A DNA stretch of 62,279 bases from a virus. Its lineage: Duplodnaviria; Caudoviricetes. The notes beneath the pieces were generated by a model. It saw only the letters and a program-made list of their open reading frames with translations. It was not told the origin of the DNA and did not search any database. Positions 18,801 through 28,296 of this stretch are shown piece after piece (within the stretch, counting starts at the first letter, position 1; every line of letters begins with the position of its first letter). The position numbers and the translations under genes are program-made. The DNA lies in IMG/VR virus record IMGVR_UViG_3300035338_000024, positions 1 through 62,279 of that record; one strand, given 5' to 3'.

Positions 18801-19122
18801 CAAGATACCTAGATATCTGCTCTCTATGCGGCTCTATATTAATCGGATTCCGAGGGTCAAGCCCTTTGGCCTCCACGAATCCATACAGGCCAAAATCGGC
18901 ATTGTTGTATATTCGCCAATCGGGTCGCCCGGCATGGCCTTGCAGCTTGGGTTCGAAAATGATGTCCGCATCGGGACAATAGAGCCGTGATATTTTGCGC
19001 AGAAACGTGTCAAGAACAGGGCGGTAGGAAAGTTCGGGCGTCACTTCTCTGGTAGCGGCCGCCGCATCAATATATTCATGCATTGATGTCAAGTAATCGC
19101 GGACCAAACTTTCAAAACTCAT
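15847..19122 (-). CDS. Type ISP/IIG-like restriction-modification enzyme (nuclease + adenine MTase fold + specificity domain; no helicase)
   Basis: GRPDWR...VEAKG, GAFYTP, IDPCCGTGTFL, GNPPS, YSFRPF, ISGYEVINCWLK. Confidence 0.8.
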   Translation of the reverse strand: MSFESLVRDYLTSMHEYIDAAAATREVTPELSYRPVLDTFLRKISRLYCPDADIIFEPKLQGHAGRPDWRIYNNADFGLYGFVEAKGLDPRNPINIEPHREQISRYLGTGQRVILTDGIEFIFFEPGRIDTAQRHCIVPKPIRHRLSRTIPIDFLIDNLLRDFFRETGFRQCSEEQLIREIAKRASALAECVLILSQAPPDSGVSEDENRTIRILHDLHGALRLQHDPVLRQPKIFADFVAQVLCFGLLYAHRVVAGEAGEPPSRYEAIRRFWTDAVFASYADRLVPFKALVGMLESELSPEGESASQLRCWYDDARRLLAHIQLRLAQRSAPDYHTLYEQFLAEFDPKTRFDFGAFYTPPELAGFTVGAAKSVAESTFGGRCLFEEGNKIIDPCCGTGTFLEQLVRHSSGGNAAHLVGFEILPAPYALAHYRIAMLRIESVPEHDIDIFLTNSLSDELIDGDDDHPASVLREELRRAKNCAQPPIVLVIGNPPSSDSFGPHSTGENFTVIERLLEDFRPPEGERRSRQNIQKQIGNDFMKFLRWAADKVLESDMGILALILPSTFAAHPTYRYAREWLIGHFSHFWAMDIDRDLRTGVRSSSLFNSRQGRMLLIATHTGSVPDTLAERLHYIAITDKTRTQKKSFLDESRSSGDYIALFSQYDLNRETKAFRFGEQSYDRDLYSRFWAIHSTGPGVPAEGERCIFERHCSGIKLAPVALFVHPSRPLLQRRSQEVGNLATPYANLIERWFSGQKKPPGENKLTQEVRQRLGAASIAETSYRKYSFRPFVPMHLLFEDSLLRVLSGLGGGGTRLRPEVVSAYSSLGTVGIAIAPSPIDIGDDIHRFATFCWDMPDNDLCARGNAHVFCNQFPENKPPGGRAWDPTPKTNISECLLAAVRAVRPETTARDIVFYSYAVLCSGTLLEAFAEAYYTASDRENIPRIPIVSDPDIIAALIGKGQRIAELENPETEVQLQAWAVRLESAYSREFKLVKFSVDDERHEIRLFSDIQREPEITLEGIPEELLQITISGYEVINCWLKFHTYAYTRTAFTSAEFCELLRLLSVLMSQIDVISDVDAVIEKVISREVELL

Positions 19123-20193
19123 TTAGCTCCTTTCCCCTCTATCATCGAGGCAAGCCGCTATAGACTTTCCGATTGCCTCCGCGAGACGGACCGGAACGGC
19201 ATTTCCAATCTGCCGGGCAATATCCACCTTGTTTCCAGCGAAGACCATGTCTGAGGGAAATGTTTGCAATTCAGCCCCCTCACGCAAGGAAATAGAGCGA
19301 AGCTGGGACGGGTGCCCAAACAGGCCTCGGGTAAAACTGTCGAATCTTGCGGTAATTGTTGGAGCGACGTCATCCCAGCGCATTCGCCCATATACATTAC
19401 GGTGGCCGATGATTTCTGGGCTTACGTGATGGCATTCAGCCAGCAATTCGGGGGGAAGGTGTTCGCGCCCCTGGCCTGCCTTCAGCGCCGCCAGTCTTTT
19501 CTTGTTGAGGTCTGAGAGGCGATCCCTTCTATGGTGGGTGTAATCCGGATGTTCGGCACCACTCTGTGGCGGTACTGGAAGTTTACCAATAGCCATTCGG
19601 ACTGTAACCCGCTTCCCTTGAGGGGTCATAGCTTTGGGGAAGACGAACTTGGGAGATCCGCCGTTTATCAAACGCTCTCCAACAACCATAACGCGCTGCC
19701 TGCGCTGCGGCACCGCAAAGTCTTGAGCATCCAAAACCCTGAAATGGACGTGATACCCGCATTTTTCTGCTCGTCGCATAACGCGAAAGAGGTATTCTCC
19801 ACCTCGCTTTCCCGCGAGGCCCTTTACATTCTCCATCAAAAAGTATTTGGGCCGGACCTCTTCAACAAGTTGCACATACTTTAGAACCAGATTGTTCCTG
19901 TTGTCTTCATCCGGGCCGATCCGTTGTACGGAAAATCCTTGGCATGGGGGGCCTCCCGCAAGGAGGTCGAGCTCACCCGGTTGTAGCCTTGCGATTCTCA
20001 AAAGCTGACCGCCCAACATTTCCTCAATCCCTGAACACAACACTTGATGTCCAAAGTATTTTGGATTGAGCCGTTGTGTTTCAATGCATAATGGGTCATT
20101 ATCAAAGGAAAGGACAATATCGAACCCGGCTCGTGCAAGCCCCAGGCTCAGTCCTCCTGCGCCCGAAAAACCATCCACGCAAGTCAATTTCAT
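19123..20193 (-). CDS. DNA cytosine-5 methyltransferase
   Basis: FSGAGG, GPPCQGFS, ENV, QRRQR, QIGNAVP. Confidence 0.95.
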   Translation of the reverse strand: MKLTCVDGFSGAGGLSLGLARAGFDIVLSFDNDPLCIETQRLNPKYFGHQVLCSGIEEMLGGQLLRIARLQPGELDLLAGGPPCQGFSVQRIGPDEDNRNNLVLKYVQLVEEVRPKYFLMENVKGLAGKRGGEYLFRVMRRAEKCGYHVHFRVLDAQDFAVPQRRQRVMVVGERLINGGSPKFVFPKAMTPQGKRVTVRMAIGKLPVPPQSGAEHPDYTHHRRDRLSDLNKKRLAALKAGQGREHLPPELLAECHHVSPEIIGHRNVYGRMRWDDVAPTITARFDSFTRGLFGHPSQLRSISLREGAELQTFPSDMVFAGNKVDIARQIGNAVPVRLAEAIGKSIAACLDDRGERS

Positions 20194-21518
20194 CTGTTAT
20201 TTCTCGCCATTTTTATTCCAGCGATCACGCTGGAGAAGGAACTGCTCACAGGCTCAGTAATCGGAGGGACCGCTCGTGCCTTCTCAGCAGAATCAGGGCT
20301 TTTCGAAAGCAGTTCTATCACGCAATGCGCCGCAACGGCTGCCGCAAACAAAGGCGGGACGGCCTCGCCGATCTGCTTGAAGATGGAATCAAATGTGCCT
20401 CTGAATTCAAATCCCACAGGAAAACTTTGAAGGAGCGAAGCTTCTCTCATCGTCAGACCACGGTCCTGTTCCGGATGCACATACCTGCCTGATGCGGGAT
20501 TTCGCGCATAGTGAGTGACTGTAATCGCCGGGCGATCCCATCCTAACCGTCCATACACATCATAAAATCCACGAACACGGTCTAAACATTTCGGCCCGAC
20601 GCCGGTTGGACGGCTTCCCCCGTTTTTTGGCACAGCGCGAATTGTCGCTAACGTTGACTCTCTATGGCCGGCCGACCTGTGCATTGAATCCTGCGGGTGC
20701 GCTTGCCCAGGTAAGACCGGGGGTAGGGCGCCGATTGCATCGCGTACGGTATTGAACTCGGCAGGGTCTTCGATCCTCGGATGCGGCAAAATAAAAGGCT
20801 TTTTCATCGCAATGACCAAAGCCCTGTACCGATCCTGCGGAACACCAAACGAGGCGACATTATAGATTGCTTGGGATACAACGTAACCAGCTTCGTTAAA
20901 GATGGCGTTCGCGTCTGTAAAATGATTCCAATACTTCTTGGAGAGCATCTCGGGGACGTTCTCCATCACTATGCATTCTGGATTTAATCTGACTGCTATA
21001 GATGCAAATGCGCCGATTAAAGTGTTCCTGTGATCTTCCTTGTGCCAGTGCCGCTTGCGATGAGAGGTGAAACCTTGGCAGGGTGCGCAGCCAATTATAA
21101 TTGATCGTCTGTTCTTGTTGTAACGGGGCATCAATTCAAGGAATCGCGATAAGGCGTTGTCGTCATCCACCAAATCTCTGACATCCATCTTAATTCCCGG
21201 AACTGCGAAATTCCGTTCAAAAGTCGAGAGGGCATCGCTGTTTATATCGCAACCGCCGATCACCTCAATCAACGGAACAATCCTCGAAAGCGCGGAGAAT
21301 CCCAAGGACATGCCGCCGCAGCCACAGAAAAAGTCCAAAACCTGAAAGGCGGGATTAGGTTTCCGCATATCCGGATTGGTTTCAGGTCTCCAGTTGCGAA
21401 CTTCACTTTGAACCTCTCCCTCAAGCAACTTAGTGATGGCTCTGAAATTTTCATTAGAGAGCTTGCCGTTCGTGGAGGCTTTAAGCAGAGGCTCATAGAT
21501 CTGAGATTCTATAATCAC
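20190..21518 (-). CDS. DNA cytosine-5 methyltransferase
   Basis: FCGCGG, APCQGF, ENVP, PQDRYR, QIGEAVP. Confidence 0.95.
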   Translation of the reverse strand: MIIESQIYEPLLKASTNGKLSNENFRAITKLLEGEVQSEVRNWRPETNPDMRKPNPAFQVLDFFCGCGGMSLGFSALSRIVPLIEVIGGCDINSDALSTFERNFAVPGIKMDVRDLVDDDNALSRFLELMPRYNKNRRSIIIGCAPCQGFTSHRKRHWHKEDHRNTLIGAFASIAVRLNPECIVMENVPEMLSKKYWNHFTDANAIFNEAGYVVSQAIYNVASFGVPQDRYRALVIAMKKPFILPHPRIEDPAEFNTVRDAIGALPPVLPGQAHPQDSMHRSAGHRESTLATIRAVPKNGGSRPTGVGPKCLDRVRGFYDVYGRLGWDRPAITVTHYARNPASGRYVHPEQDRGLTMREASLLQSFPVGFEFRGTFDSIFKQIGEAVPPLFAAAVAAHCVIELLSKSPDSAEKARAVPPITEPVSSSFSSVIAGIKMARNNR

Positions 21519-21520
21519 AC

Positions 21521-21961
21521 TTATCCTCTTTTGACGCTCTTTTGATCAATATATATTAAATTTTCCACGACACGTTTTATGGTCATATCGAATGACTTAC
21601 GCATTTCGCATTCCCAGATAGTCATTACGTTCCATCCCAGACGCCTCAAGTCCGATCTGTTTTGCTCATCCCTTTCCACTGTGCGACTCAGTTTTCTTTC
21701 CCAAAACTGTCTATTGTTTTGCGGAATTGTCGCCTTTGAGCAACCGGGATGTTGATGCCAGAAACATCCGTTGACGAAAATGACCGTGCAATATCGGGCG
21801 AGCACAATATCAGGTTTCCCCGGCAAATCCCCCCTGTGCAGTCTAAATCTGTATCCGGCCCGATGGAGGGCTGATCGTACACGCTTCTCAGGCTTGGTAT
21901 CTCGCCCAATGACGCGGCTCATGACTTGGCTTCGTTTTTCCGAGGAGTACACATCCACCAT
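21521..21961 (-). CDS. vsr: Very short patch repair endonuclease
   Basis: MVDVYSSEKRSQVMS...DTKPE...LPGKPDIV...GCFWH...IWEC. Confidence 0.95.
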   Translation of the reverse strand: MVDVYSSEKRSQVMSRVIGRDTKPEKRVRSALHRAGYRFRLHRGDLPGKPDIVLARYCTVIFVNGCFWHQHPGCSKATIPQNNRQFWERKLSRTVERDEQNRSDLRRLGWNVMTIWECEMRKSFDMTIKRVVENLIYIDQKSVKRG

Positions 21962-22174
21962 TGCTGGATCCCGGGATGTCATCGATTGAATTGTATACGG
22001 GTATGGTTTCCTACCTCTTTGGTCAGCGAATGAGAAATCGTGTTCCGCATGTAAAGGCCGAAATTCACTTGGATTGGACAACGTCCAGTCCATAGCACGC
22101 ATCATGGCCTATCACCGAACTCTTGACTCGATTTGTCGATTTTGTCGTTTGAGGTGGGTCGGGTCGCCGAATAT

Positions 22175-22351
22175 CTATTGCCGCCAGCTAAATTCAATCG
22201 GCTTCTGCTTGAGCGCGTCCTGCCGCTCAAGGAATTCCTTGATTGCCTGGGAGGCAAGCCAGCTCAGGGAACGGTCGGTTACCTCGGCCACGGTGGAGAG
22301 GGCGCTGTAGGCTTCGGGGTCCAAGCTGATGGTAATACGACGCTTGCCCAT
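22175..22351 (-). CDS. 58-aa CopG/RHH regulator (not in ORF track)
   Basis: MGKRRITISLDPEAYSALSTVAEVTDRSLSWLASQAIKEFLE; GAGGG RBS. Confidence 0.8.
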   Translation of the reverse strand: MGKRRITISLDPEAYSALSTVAEVTDRSLSWLASQAIKEFLERQDALKQKPIEFSWRQ

Positions 22352-22509
22352 GGCGAATTGCCCTCGTCATTATGCTTCATCGATTTGCATTAATCTGCAT
22401 CACACTTCACCACAATGAATCTCTCATTCCGGCCATCTGCTGTCAAGATGTTTCTCCTGCCTTGTGTTAAGTGCCAAAAGGCCTTGGTGATTTAGATCAA
22501 AAAATGTGC

Positions 22510-22528
22510 TTGACAAGGCCAAATTCAA
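22510..22528 (+). promoter_or_regulatory. Putative late promoter/regulator box, copy 1
   Basis: TTGACAAGGCCAAATTCAA; 18/19 match at 43724. Confidence 0.55.
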
Positions 22529-22675
22529 CTGTTGGCTTGCCATCAACTCGTCATGGTTTGCCAACTGCTTCCGCCACCGCCACGGCTCTCTGACGGCAAA
22601 CCGCTCCCTGGTTAAGCGGGGCTTGGGCACATGCCCCGGCCCCGCTTTCCTTTTCCGGAAAGGAGATTCCGCACT

Positions 22676-22894
22676 ATGAGGGGGAAAATGCCCGAACTGG
22701 AGCCCCGCGACCCGAACGACAAGCCGAAACCCGTCTCTCGCAATCCGAACATCCCCCAGGGGGAGGCCGGCCGCCAGACCACCCCTGGCTCCCCGCTTCA
22801 CAGCGTCGGCAATCGCAACGCGCAGCTGCGCCAGGCCGCCGAGGATCCCTGGGACAAGCCCCACCACGGCAAGACCACGGAGATCAACGACTGA
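22676..22894 (+). CDS. Small hydrophilic hypothetical protein
   Basis: AAGGAG RBS; TGATG coupling to terS. Confidence 0.65.
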   Translation: MRGKMPELEPRDPNDKPKPVSRNPNIPQGEAGRQTTPGSPLHSVGNRNAQLRQAAEDPWDKPHHGKTTEIND

Positions 22895-23481
22895 TGGCCA
22901 CCAAGCGCCGACGCCTGGTGGGCAAGCAGGCCGCATGGCTGCGGGCCTACCTGGACGAGAGCAACCCGGCCACCTTCATGAACGCCACCGGCGCGGCGCG
23001 GGCGGCGGGCTATGCGGCGAGGAAGGGCGCCAAGGACCCCGAGCATGCGCTCCAGCAGATGGGCCATGAAAACCTGAAGAAGCTGGAGCCGCTCATTAAC
23101 GAGTGGATGGACGAGGTGGGGCTCTCCGAGGCGCGCCTCAAGCGGAAGCTGGTCGAAGGCCTCGACGCCGAGTTCCATTACCACGCGACCAGCAACGGCC
23201 TGATCACCGACGTAAAGAGCTACCCCGACCACCGCGTGCGCAAAGGCTTTGCCGAGTTGGGGCTCAAGCTCAAGGGCGCCCTGGTGGACCGCAAAGAGCT
23301 TTCAGGCCCCGGGGGCGGGCCCATCAACATCCAGGTCGGGGTGGACAAGTTGGCCGCGGCCCTCATGGCCGAGGTGTTCGCCAACCACAAGCCCGGGCTG
23401 CCGAACCTGACCCAGACGAAGCTGGATCCGGACGCGGGCCGGGAGCTGCTGGAAGCCGTCGATGCTGGCGACCAGGACTGA
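22894..23481 (+). CDS. terS: Terminase small subunit
   Basis: NATGAARAAGY...GHENLKK, ELSGPGGGPI. Confidence 0.85.
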   Translation: MATKRRRLVGKQAAWLRAYLDESNPATFMNATGAARAAGYAARKGAKDPEHALQQMGHENLKKLEPLINEWMDEVGLSEARLKRKLVEGLDAEFHYHATSNGLITDVKSYPDHRVRKGFAELGLKLKGALVDRKELSGPGGGPINIQVGVDKLAAALMAEVFANHKPGLPNLTQTKLDPDAGRELLEAVDAGDQD

Positions 23482-25063
23482 GCAGCGGTCCGCGGAAGAG
23501 GCCACCGAGCTGGTGATTGCTGGCGAAAGCGTCGTTTTGGTGCCGCTTCGCCTGGTGGAGTGCTTCAGCAACAAGTGGTGGCGCCTCAACAACCTGTACT
23601 GGATCATCGACGAGCAGGGCCGGCGGGTGAAGTTCCGGCCGAACGGGGACCAGGAAAAACTCTATGACGCCCTGTGGCATCTCAACATCGTGCTCAAGGC
23701 CCGCCAGCACGGCATCACCACGTTCGTTGACCTGTACTTCCTCGACGACTGTCTGTTCATCCCCGACATTGAGGCCGGCATCGTGGCCCACCACCGGGAC
23801 GACGCCGCCAAGATCTTCCGGCGCAAGGTCAAGTACCCCTACGACAACCTGCCTGCCTGGCTGCGCCGCCAGCGGCCCCTGCTCACCAACAGCAAGGCCG
23901 AGCTCGTCTTCAGCAACAACTCCACGATCTATGTGGCCACGTCGCTCCGGTCAGGCACGGTCCAGCGGCTGCACATCAGCGAGCACGCCAAGATCTGCAA
24001 GAAGTACCCGGGGAAAGCCGAGGAGGTCAAAGCTGGCACCCTCAACGCCATCCACGTCGGCCAGATTGTGGTGGTGGAGTCCACCGCCGAGGGCCGCCAG
24101 GGGGATTTCCACGACTGGTGCCGGAAGGCCGAAGGTCTGGCCAAGGAGGGCGCGGTCTTGAGCCCCCTCGACTTCAAGTTCCACTTCTTCCCCTGGCACG
24201 AGAACCCGACTTACTCCATTCATCCCCACGGGGTGGTGGTGCCCACCGAGGTCCGGGCCCACCTGGACAAGTTCCAGGCCGCTACCGGCGTCAAGCTCAC
24301 TGACGGCCAAATCGCCTGGTACACCAAGAAAGTGCTTCTCCTGGGCTGGGACACGATGTTCCGAGAGTACCCGGGCACTCCGGAAGAGGCCTTCAACGCG
24401 ACCGTAAAGGGCTCCTACTACGCGCTTCAGATGGCCCGCATGCGGCAGATGGGCCAGGTTGTGGACCTGTTGCCACACATCCCTACGCTGCCGGTCAACA
24501 CCGCCTGGGACATCGGCCACTCGGACACCAACTGCATCATCTTCCACCAGCGCCTCCACGGGGAGAACCGCCTGGTGGACTTCTATTACAACAGCGGCGA
24601 GGACCTCTCCCACTACGCCAAGGTCATGCAGGACAAGGGGTACGTTTACGGGGAGCACATCCTGCCCTGGGAGGGCGACTCCGCGCACAAGATCATCACC
24701 GGCCAGAGCGCGGTGGACCGCCTGCGGGAACTCCTGCCCGGCCAGCGGGTCCATGCCGTGGCCGCCAATATCGGCATCAATGAGGGCATCAACTCCGTGC
24801 GAATGATGATGCCCACCCTCCGCATCTGCAAAACGAAGTGCGCCTACCTGATCGACGCCTTGGACCACTACTGCAAGGCCTGGAACGAGGTGACCGGCGA
24901 CTACCACGACCGACCGGTTCACAACTGGGCATCCCACCCGGCCGACGCCCTGCGGACCCTCGCCACCGGCTTCCACTTCATCGAAGGCGTGCCGGACCCC
25001 GGCCGCAACCCCGCCGGCCGCGACTGGCTGCGCCGGGGGAGAAGGGGAGCGCAAGCCTCATGA
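23462..25063 (+). CDS. terL: Terminase large subunit
   Basis: LKARQHGITT Walker A, LHISE Walker B, ESTAEG, AWDIG, HPADALR. Confidence 0.95.
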   Translation: MLATRTEQRSAEEATELVIAGESVVLVPLRLVECFSNKWWRLNNLYWIIDEQGRRVKFRPNGDQEKLYDALWHLNIVLKARQHGITTFVDLYFLDDCLFIPDIEAGIVAHHRDDAAKIFRRKVKYPYDNLPAWLRRQRPLLTNSKAELVFSNNSTIYVATSLRSGTVQRLHISEHAKICKKYPGKAEEVKAGTLNAIHVGQIVVVESTAEGRQGDFHDWCRKAEGLAKEGAVLSPLDFKFHFFPWHENPTYSIHPHGVVVPTEVRAHLDKFQAATGVKLTDGQIAWYTKKVLLLGWDTMFREYPGTPEEAFNATVKGSYYALQMARMRQMGQVVDLLPHIPTLPVNTAWDIGHSDTNCIIFHQRLHGENRLVDFYYNSGEDLSHYAKVMQDKGYVYGEHILPWEGDSAHKIITGQSAVDRLRELLPGQRVHAVAANIGINEGINSVRMMMPTLRICKTKCAYLIDALDHYCKAWNEVTGDYHDRPVHNWASHPADALRTLATGFHFIEGVPDPGRNPAGRDWLRRGRRGAQAS

Positions 25064-25350
25064 AGTCGACCGCCCAGATCATCCCGAAGCAGAACACGAC
25101 CGAAACCCCGGTCTTCATCACCCGCTTGGCGCTTCGCCGCGACGATGAGGCCCGGCGGACTGAGCTCGCCGTGACCGTCTTCATCGACCTCCTGGGCAGC
25201 CCGCCGAAGTTCACCGTCCGGGCCGCCTTCGGGGACGACGAAAACGCCATTGCCATAGCCATGCGCCTGCACCAGCTGGCCGAGGCCGTCCTGCTGCGGG
25301 CGGGGGTCTTCTGCAAACCCAAGCCGACCAAGGAGCAAGCGAACCCATGA
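25060..25350 (+). CDS. Hypothetical protein
   Basis: ATGA overlaps at both ends. Confidence 0.65.
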   Translation: MKSTAQIIPKQNTTETPVFITRLALRRDDEARRTELAVTVFIDLLGSPPKFTVRAAFGDDENAIAIAMRLHQLAEAVLLRAGVFCKPKPTKEQANP

Positions 25351-25814
25351 CCGCCCTGGCTTTCCGCGAAAAGCCCATCAAGGCCGTGCCCCAATGGAAC
25401 GGCGACGAGCTGGAGGTTGTGCTCGTGCCCAACGTCCAGCGGATGCTCAAGTGCCGGAAGGTGTCCATCCCCGAGCGGCATTTCTGGCTCTACTCCCGGG
25501 AGCACAACCCCCTCCACGGCCTGAACATCGCCCGCATTGCCGAGGTGGTCTACCAGCTCTTCAACATCGGCGGGGTGGTGACCAAGGAGAAGATGGTGGC
25601 CATCGCCATGGAGATCGAGAACGGCATCCAGGACGCCATGCTCATGCGGCCCAAGGCGGACCCGGTGAGCCTGCAGATCGGAGAGCTGGGCTTCACCGAC
25701 GCCAGCGGCAAGCGCCACGTCCGGCCGCTCTACGACCACGAAGTGCCGGCCGAGGACGTGGACGTTACCGGCATCGTGCATGTGGTGGACGACGGGCGGG
25801 GAGGCCTGACCTGA
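25347..25814 (+). CDS. Hypothetical phage protein
   Basis: High GC3; between terL and portal. Confidence 0.75.
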   Translation: MTALAFREKPIKAVPQWNGDELEVVLVPNVQRMLKCRKVSIPERHFWLYSREHNPLHGLNIARIAEVVYQLFNIGGVVTKEKMVAIAMEIENGIQDAMLMRPKADPVSLQIGELGFTDASGKRHVRPLYDHEVPAEDVDVTGIVHVVDDGRGGLT

Positions 25815-25835
25815 GAAGCGGAGAGCGGAAGCCCC

Positions 25836-28121
25836 ATGAGCCAGAGCGCCTTTGACAACTACACGGTCCACGGCCGCGGCAAGCAGGACGTGGGGATTAC
25901 CATTGCCGACGAGCTGGCGATGCTGGGGGAGGACGCGAACGCAGCCCGGCCCAAGGATCCCTACGACACCGAGGAATACCGCTTGCGGCTGCGCCGGGTT
26001 CGCGCCTGGCTCCTGGCCGAGAAGGAACTCCAGCACGAAAACCGGATCGATCGGCTGCTCGATCACGACTACTACGACGGCGACCAGTGGGACCCCGAGG
26101 ACGCCGCCGTGGTGGAGGCCCGAGGGCAGAGCGCCCGGGTCTACAACCGGATCAAGCCCACCATCCTCTGGATCACCGGCACCGAGCGCCGGACCCGCAT
26201 CGACTACCGGGTTCTGCCCCGCACCAAGGATGACACCAAGGGCGCGGAGCACAAGACGAAGCTGATCAAGTACGTCTCCGACGTGAACAAGACGGGCCAC
26301 CACCGCAGCCGGGCCTTCGCCGACGCGGCGAAGAGCGGCTTGGGGTGGATCGAAATCGGGGTGAAATCCGACCCCGAGGACGAGCCGCTGTTCTACCGCT
26401 ACGAGGACTGGCGCAACATCTGGCACGACTCCATGGCCGTCATGGCAGACCTTTCAGACGCCCGGTACCTGTTCCGGCAGAAGTGGGTGGACCTGGACAT
26501 TGCCGTGGCGATGTTCCCCCGCGCGAAGCACGACCTGGTGGAGGCGGCCAACAACTCCGACTGGTCCGAGTACTTCACCGACGAGGACGACGTTCCCGAC
26601 CTGGAGGCCTCCCTCTACGAGAACGTGGGGACCGGCATGGCCGGGATTGCCGGCATCGACCCCCGGGTGAGGAACCGCGTGCGCCTGGTGGAGTGCTGGT
26701 ATCGCCACCCCGAGCGGATTCAGATGATCCGGGGCGCCCGCGGCTTCCGCATGGGCACCCTGCAGAACGCCACCTACGACCCCGCTAACCCCTACATGCG
26801 GGCCATGGTAGCCGAGGGCTACGCCACCCTGCACGACGCCGTGAAGATGGTGGTCCGCCACATGATCTACTGCGAGAACACCATCCTGGTGGACCAGCGC
26901 AGCCCTTACGCGCACAACCGCTTTCCTTTCGTGCCCATCTGGGGCTACCGCCGCCACCGCGACGGCATGCCCTACGGCGTGATTCGCAACCTCCGCGACC
27001 CCCAGGACGACCTGAACAAGCGCCGCAGTAAGGCCCTGTTCATCCTTTCCACCAACCGGGTGATTGCCGACGAGGGGGCCGCCCCCAACAACGATTGGCA
27101 GCGGTTTCACACCGAGGCCCAGCGGCCCGACTGCCTTCTGGTGAAGGTGCCCGGGAAAGAGGTCCGCATCGAAAGCGACACAACCCTGGCCGAAGAGCAC
27201 ATCATGCTGATGAACCAGGACGCCCAGTACATTGAGGCGACCGGGGGCGTCACCGACGAAAACATGGGCCGGGAGACCAACGCCACCAGCGGCCGGGCCA
27301 TCCGCGCCCGCCAGGACCAGGGGCACACCGTCACCTTCGAGCTGTTCGACAACCTGAAGTTTTCCGAGCAGCTGGCCGGGGAGATCCAGCTTGCGAACAT
27401 CGAGCAGTTCTACACCGGCCCGAAGATCATCCGGCTCGTGGGGGACAAGGGGAAGCTCGAGTTCGAAGAGATCAACAAGCCCGTCCCGGAAACCGGCGAG
27501 ATCCTGAACGACATCACGGCCAGCCAGGCCGACTACGTGGTCGACACCCAGGATTGGAACGCCACCATCCGGCAGCACATGTTTGAAACCATGGGGGAAA
27601 TGTTCTCCCGCATGGATCCCACCATCGTGCTCCAGCTGATGGACCTCTGGATCGACCTCATCGACATGCCCGGCAAGGACGAGATGGTGAAACGCATCCG
27701 GCAGATCAACGGCCAGCCGGACCCCGACGAGGACATGAACGACCCCGAGGTTCAGGCCAGGCGCAAGCAGCAGGAAGAGCAGGAGACCTGGCAGGCCGAG
27801 ATGGAGCGGATCATCCAGGAGGCGGCCGCCGAGGCGGCGCTGCTTGCCAACGACGAGAAGCGCGCCAAGATCGAGGAGATCCTGGCGCGCGCCCAGAAGG
27901 CCCTGGCCGACATCGGCCAGAACGAAGAGAAGGTTCGCATCGCCCGCGGCCAGGCCCTGCACCAGGTGCAGCGCGACAACCGCCAGGCGACCCTGGCCGC
28001 CGGCCAGGCAGCGGCCTCCCACGGTTTGAACGTGAACAAGCAGGCCATGGACCGTGACAACGAGATTCACCGGCGCCGGCAGGAGGTTCTGAAGGCTGCC
28101 AGGGGCAAGGCGCCCGCATGA
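25836..28121 (+). CDS. Portal protein (P22-like podovirus type)
   Basis: DYYDGDQW, YNRIKP, PQDDLNKRRSK, SGRAIRARQDQG; coiled-coil C-terminus. Confidence 0.92.
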   Translation: MSQSAFDNYTVHGRGKQDVGITIADELAMLGEDANAARPKDPYDTEEYRLRLRRVRAWLLAEKELQHENRIDRLLDHDYYDGDQWDPEDAAVVEARGQSARVYNRIKPTILWITGTERRTRIDYRVLPRTKDDTKGAEHKTKLIKYVSDVNKTGHHRSRAFADAAKSGLGWIEIGVKSDPEDEPLFYRYEDWRNIWHDSMAVMADLSDARYLFRQKWVDLDIAVAMFPRAKHDLVEAANNSDWSEYFTDEDDVPDLEASLYENVGTGMAGIAGIDPRVRNRVRLVECWYRHPERIQMIRGARGFRMGTLQNATYDPANPYMRAMVAEGYATLHDAVKMVVRHMIYCENTILVDQRSPYAHNRFPFVPIWGYRRHRDGMPYGVIRNLRDPQDDLNKRRSKALFILSTNRVIADEGAAPNNDWQRFHTEAQRPDCLLVKVPGKEVRIESDTTLAEEHIMLMNQDAQYIEATGGVTDENMGRETNATSGRAIRARQDQGHTVTFELFDNLKFSEQLAGEIQLANIEQFYTGPKIIRLVGDKGKLEFEEINKPVPETGEILNDITASQADYVVDTQDWNATIRQHMFETMGEMFSRMDPTIVLQLMDLWIDLIDMPGKDEMVKRIRQINGQPDPDEDMNDPEVQARRKQQEEQETWQAEMERIIQEAAAEAALLANDEKRAKIEEILARAQKALADIGQNEEKVRIARGQALHQVQRDNRQATLAAGQAAASHGLNVNKQAMDRDNEIHRRRQEVLKAARGKAPA

Positions 28122-28296
28122 CTTCTGCCCCACTCCTTCGGGCGGTGCCGGGGGGCCATCGTCCGCGACTCAAAGCCGCCCTCGACATGGGGCAGAAATC
28201 CGGCGAGGCCCGCCAACGGCGCCGCCGGTGGTCGGTCGGCTTAGGCAAGGGTGGCAAGCCCCCCGCAACTTTAACCTGGGTTGAAAGGAGAGAGCA

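Noticed and set aside
22052-22068. AAGGCCGAAATTCA as a third copy of the late motif
   Set aside because: Lacks TTGAC and needs a gap; may be chance
21962-22105. N-terminal extension of Vsr in the ORF track
   Set aside because: The family-typical start MVDV is at 21961
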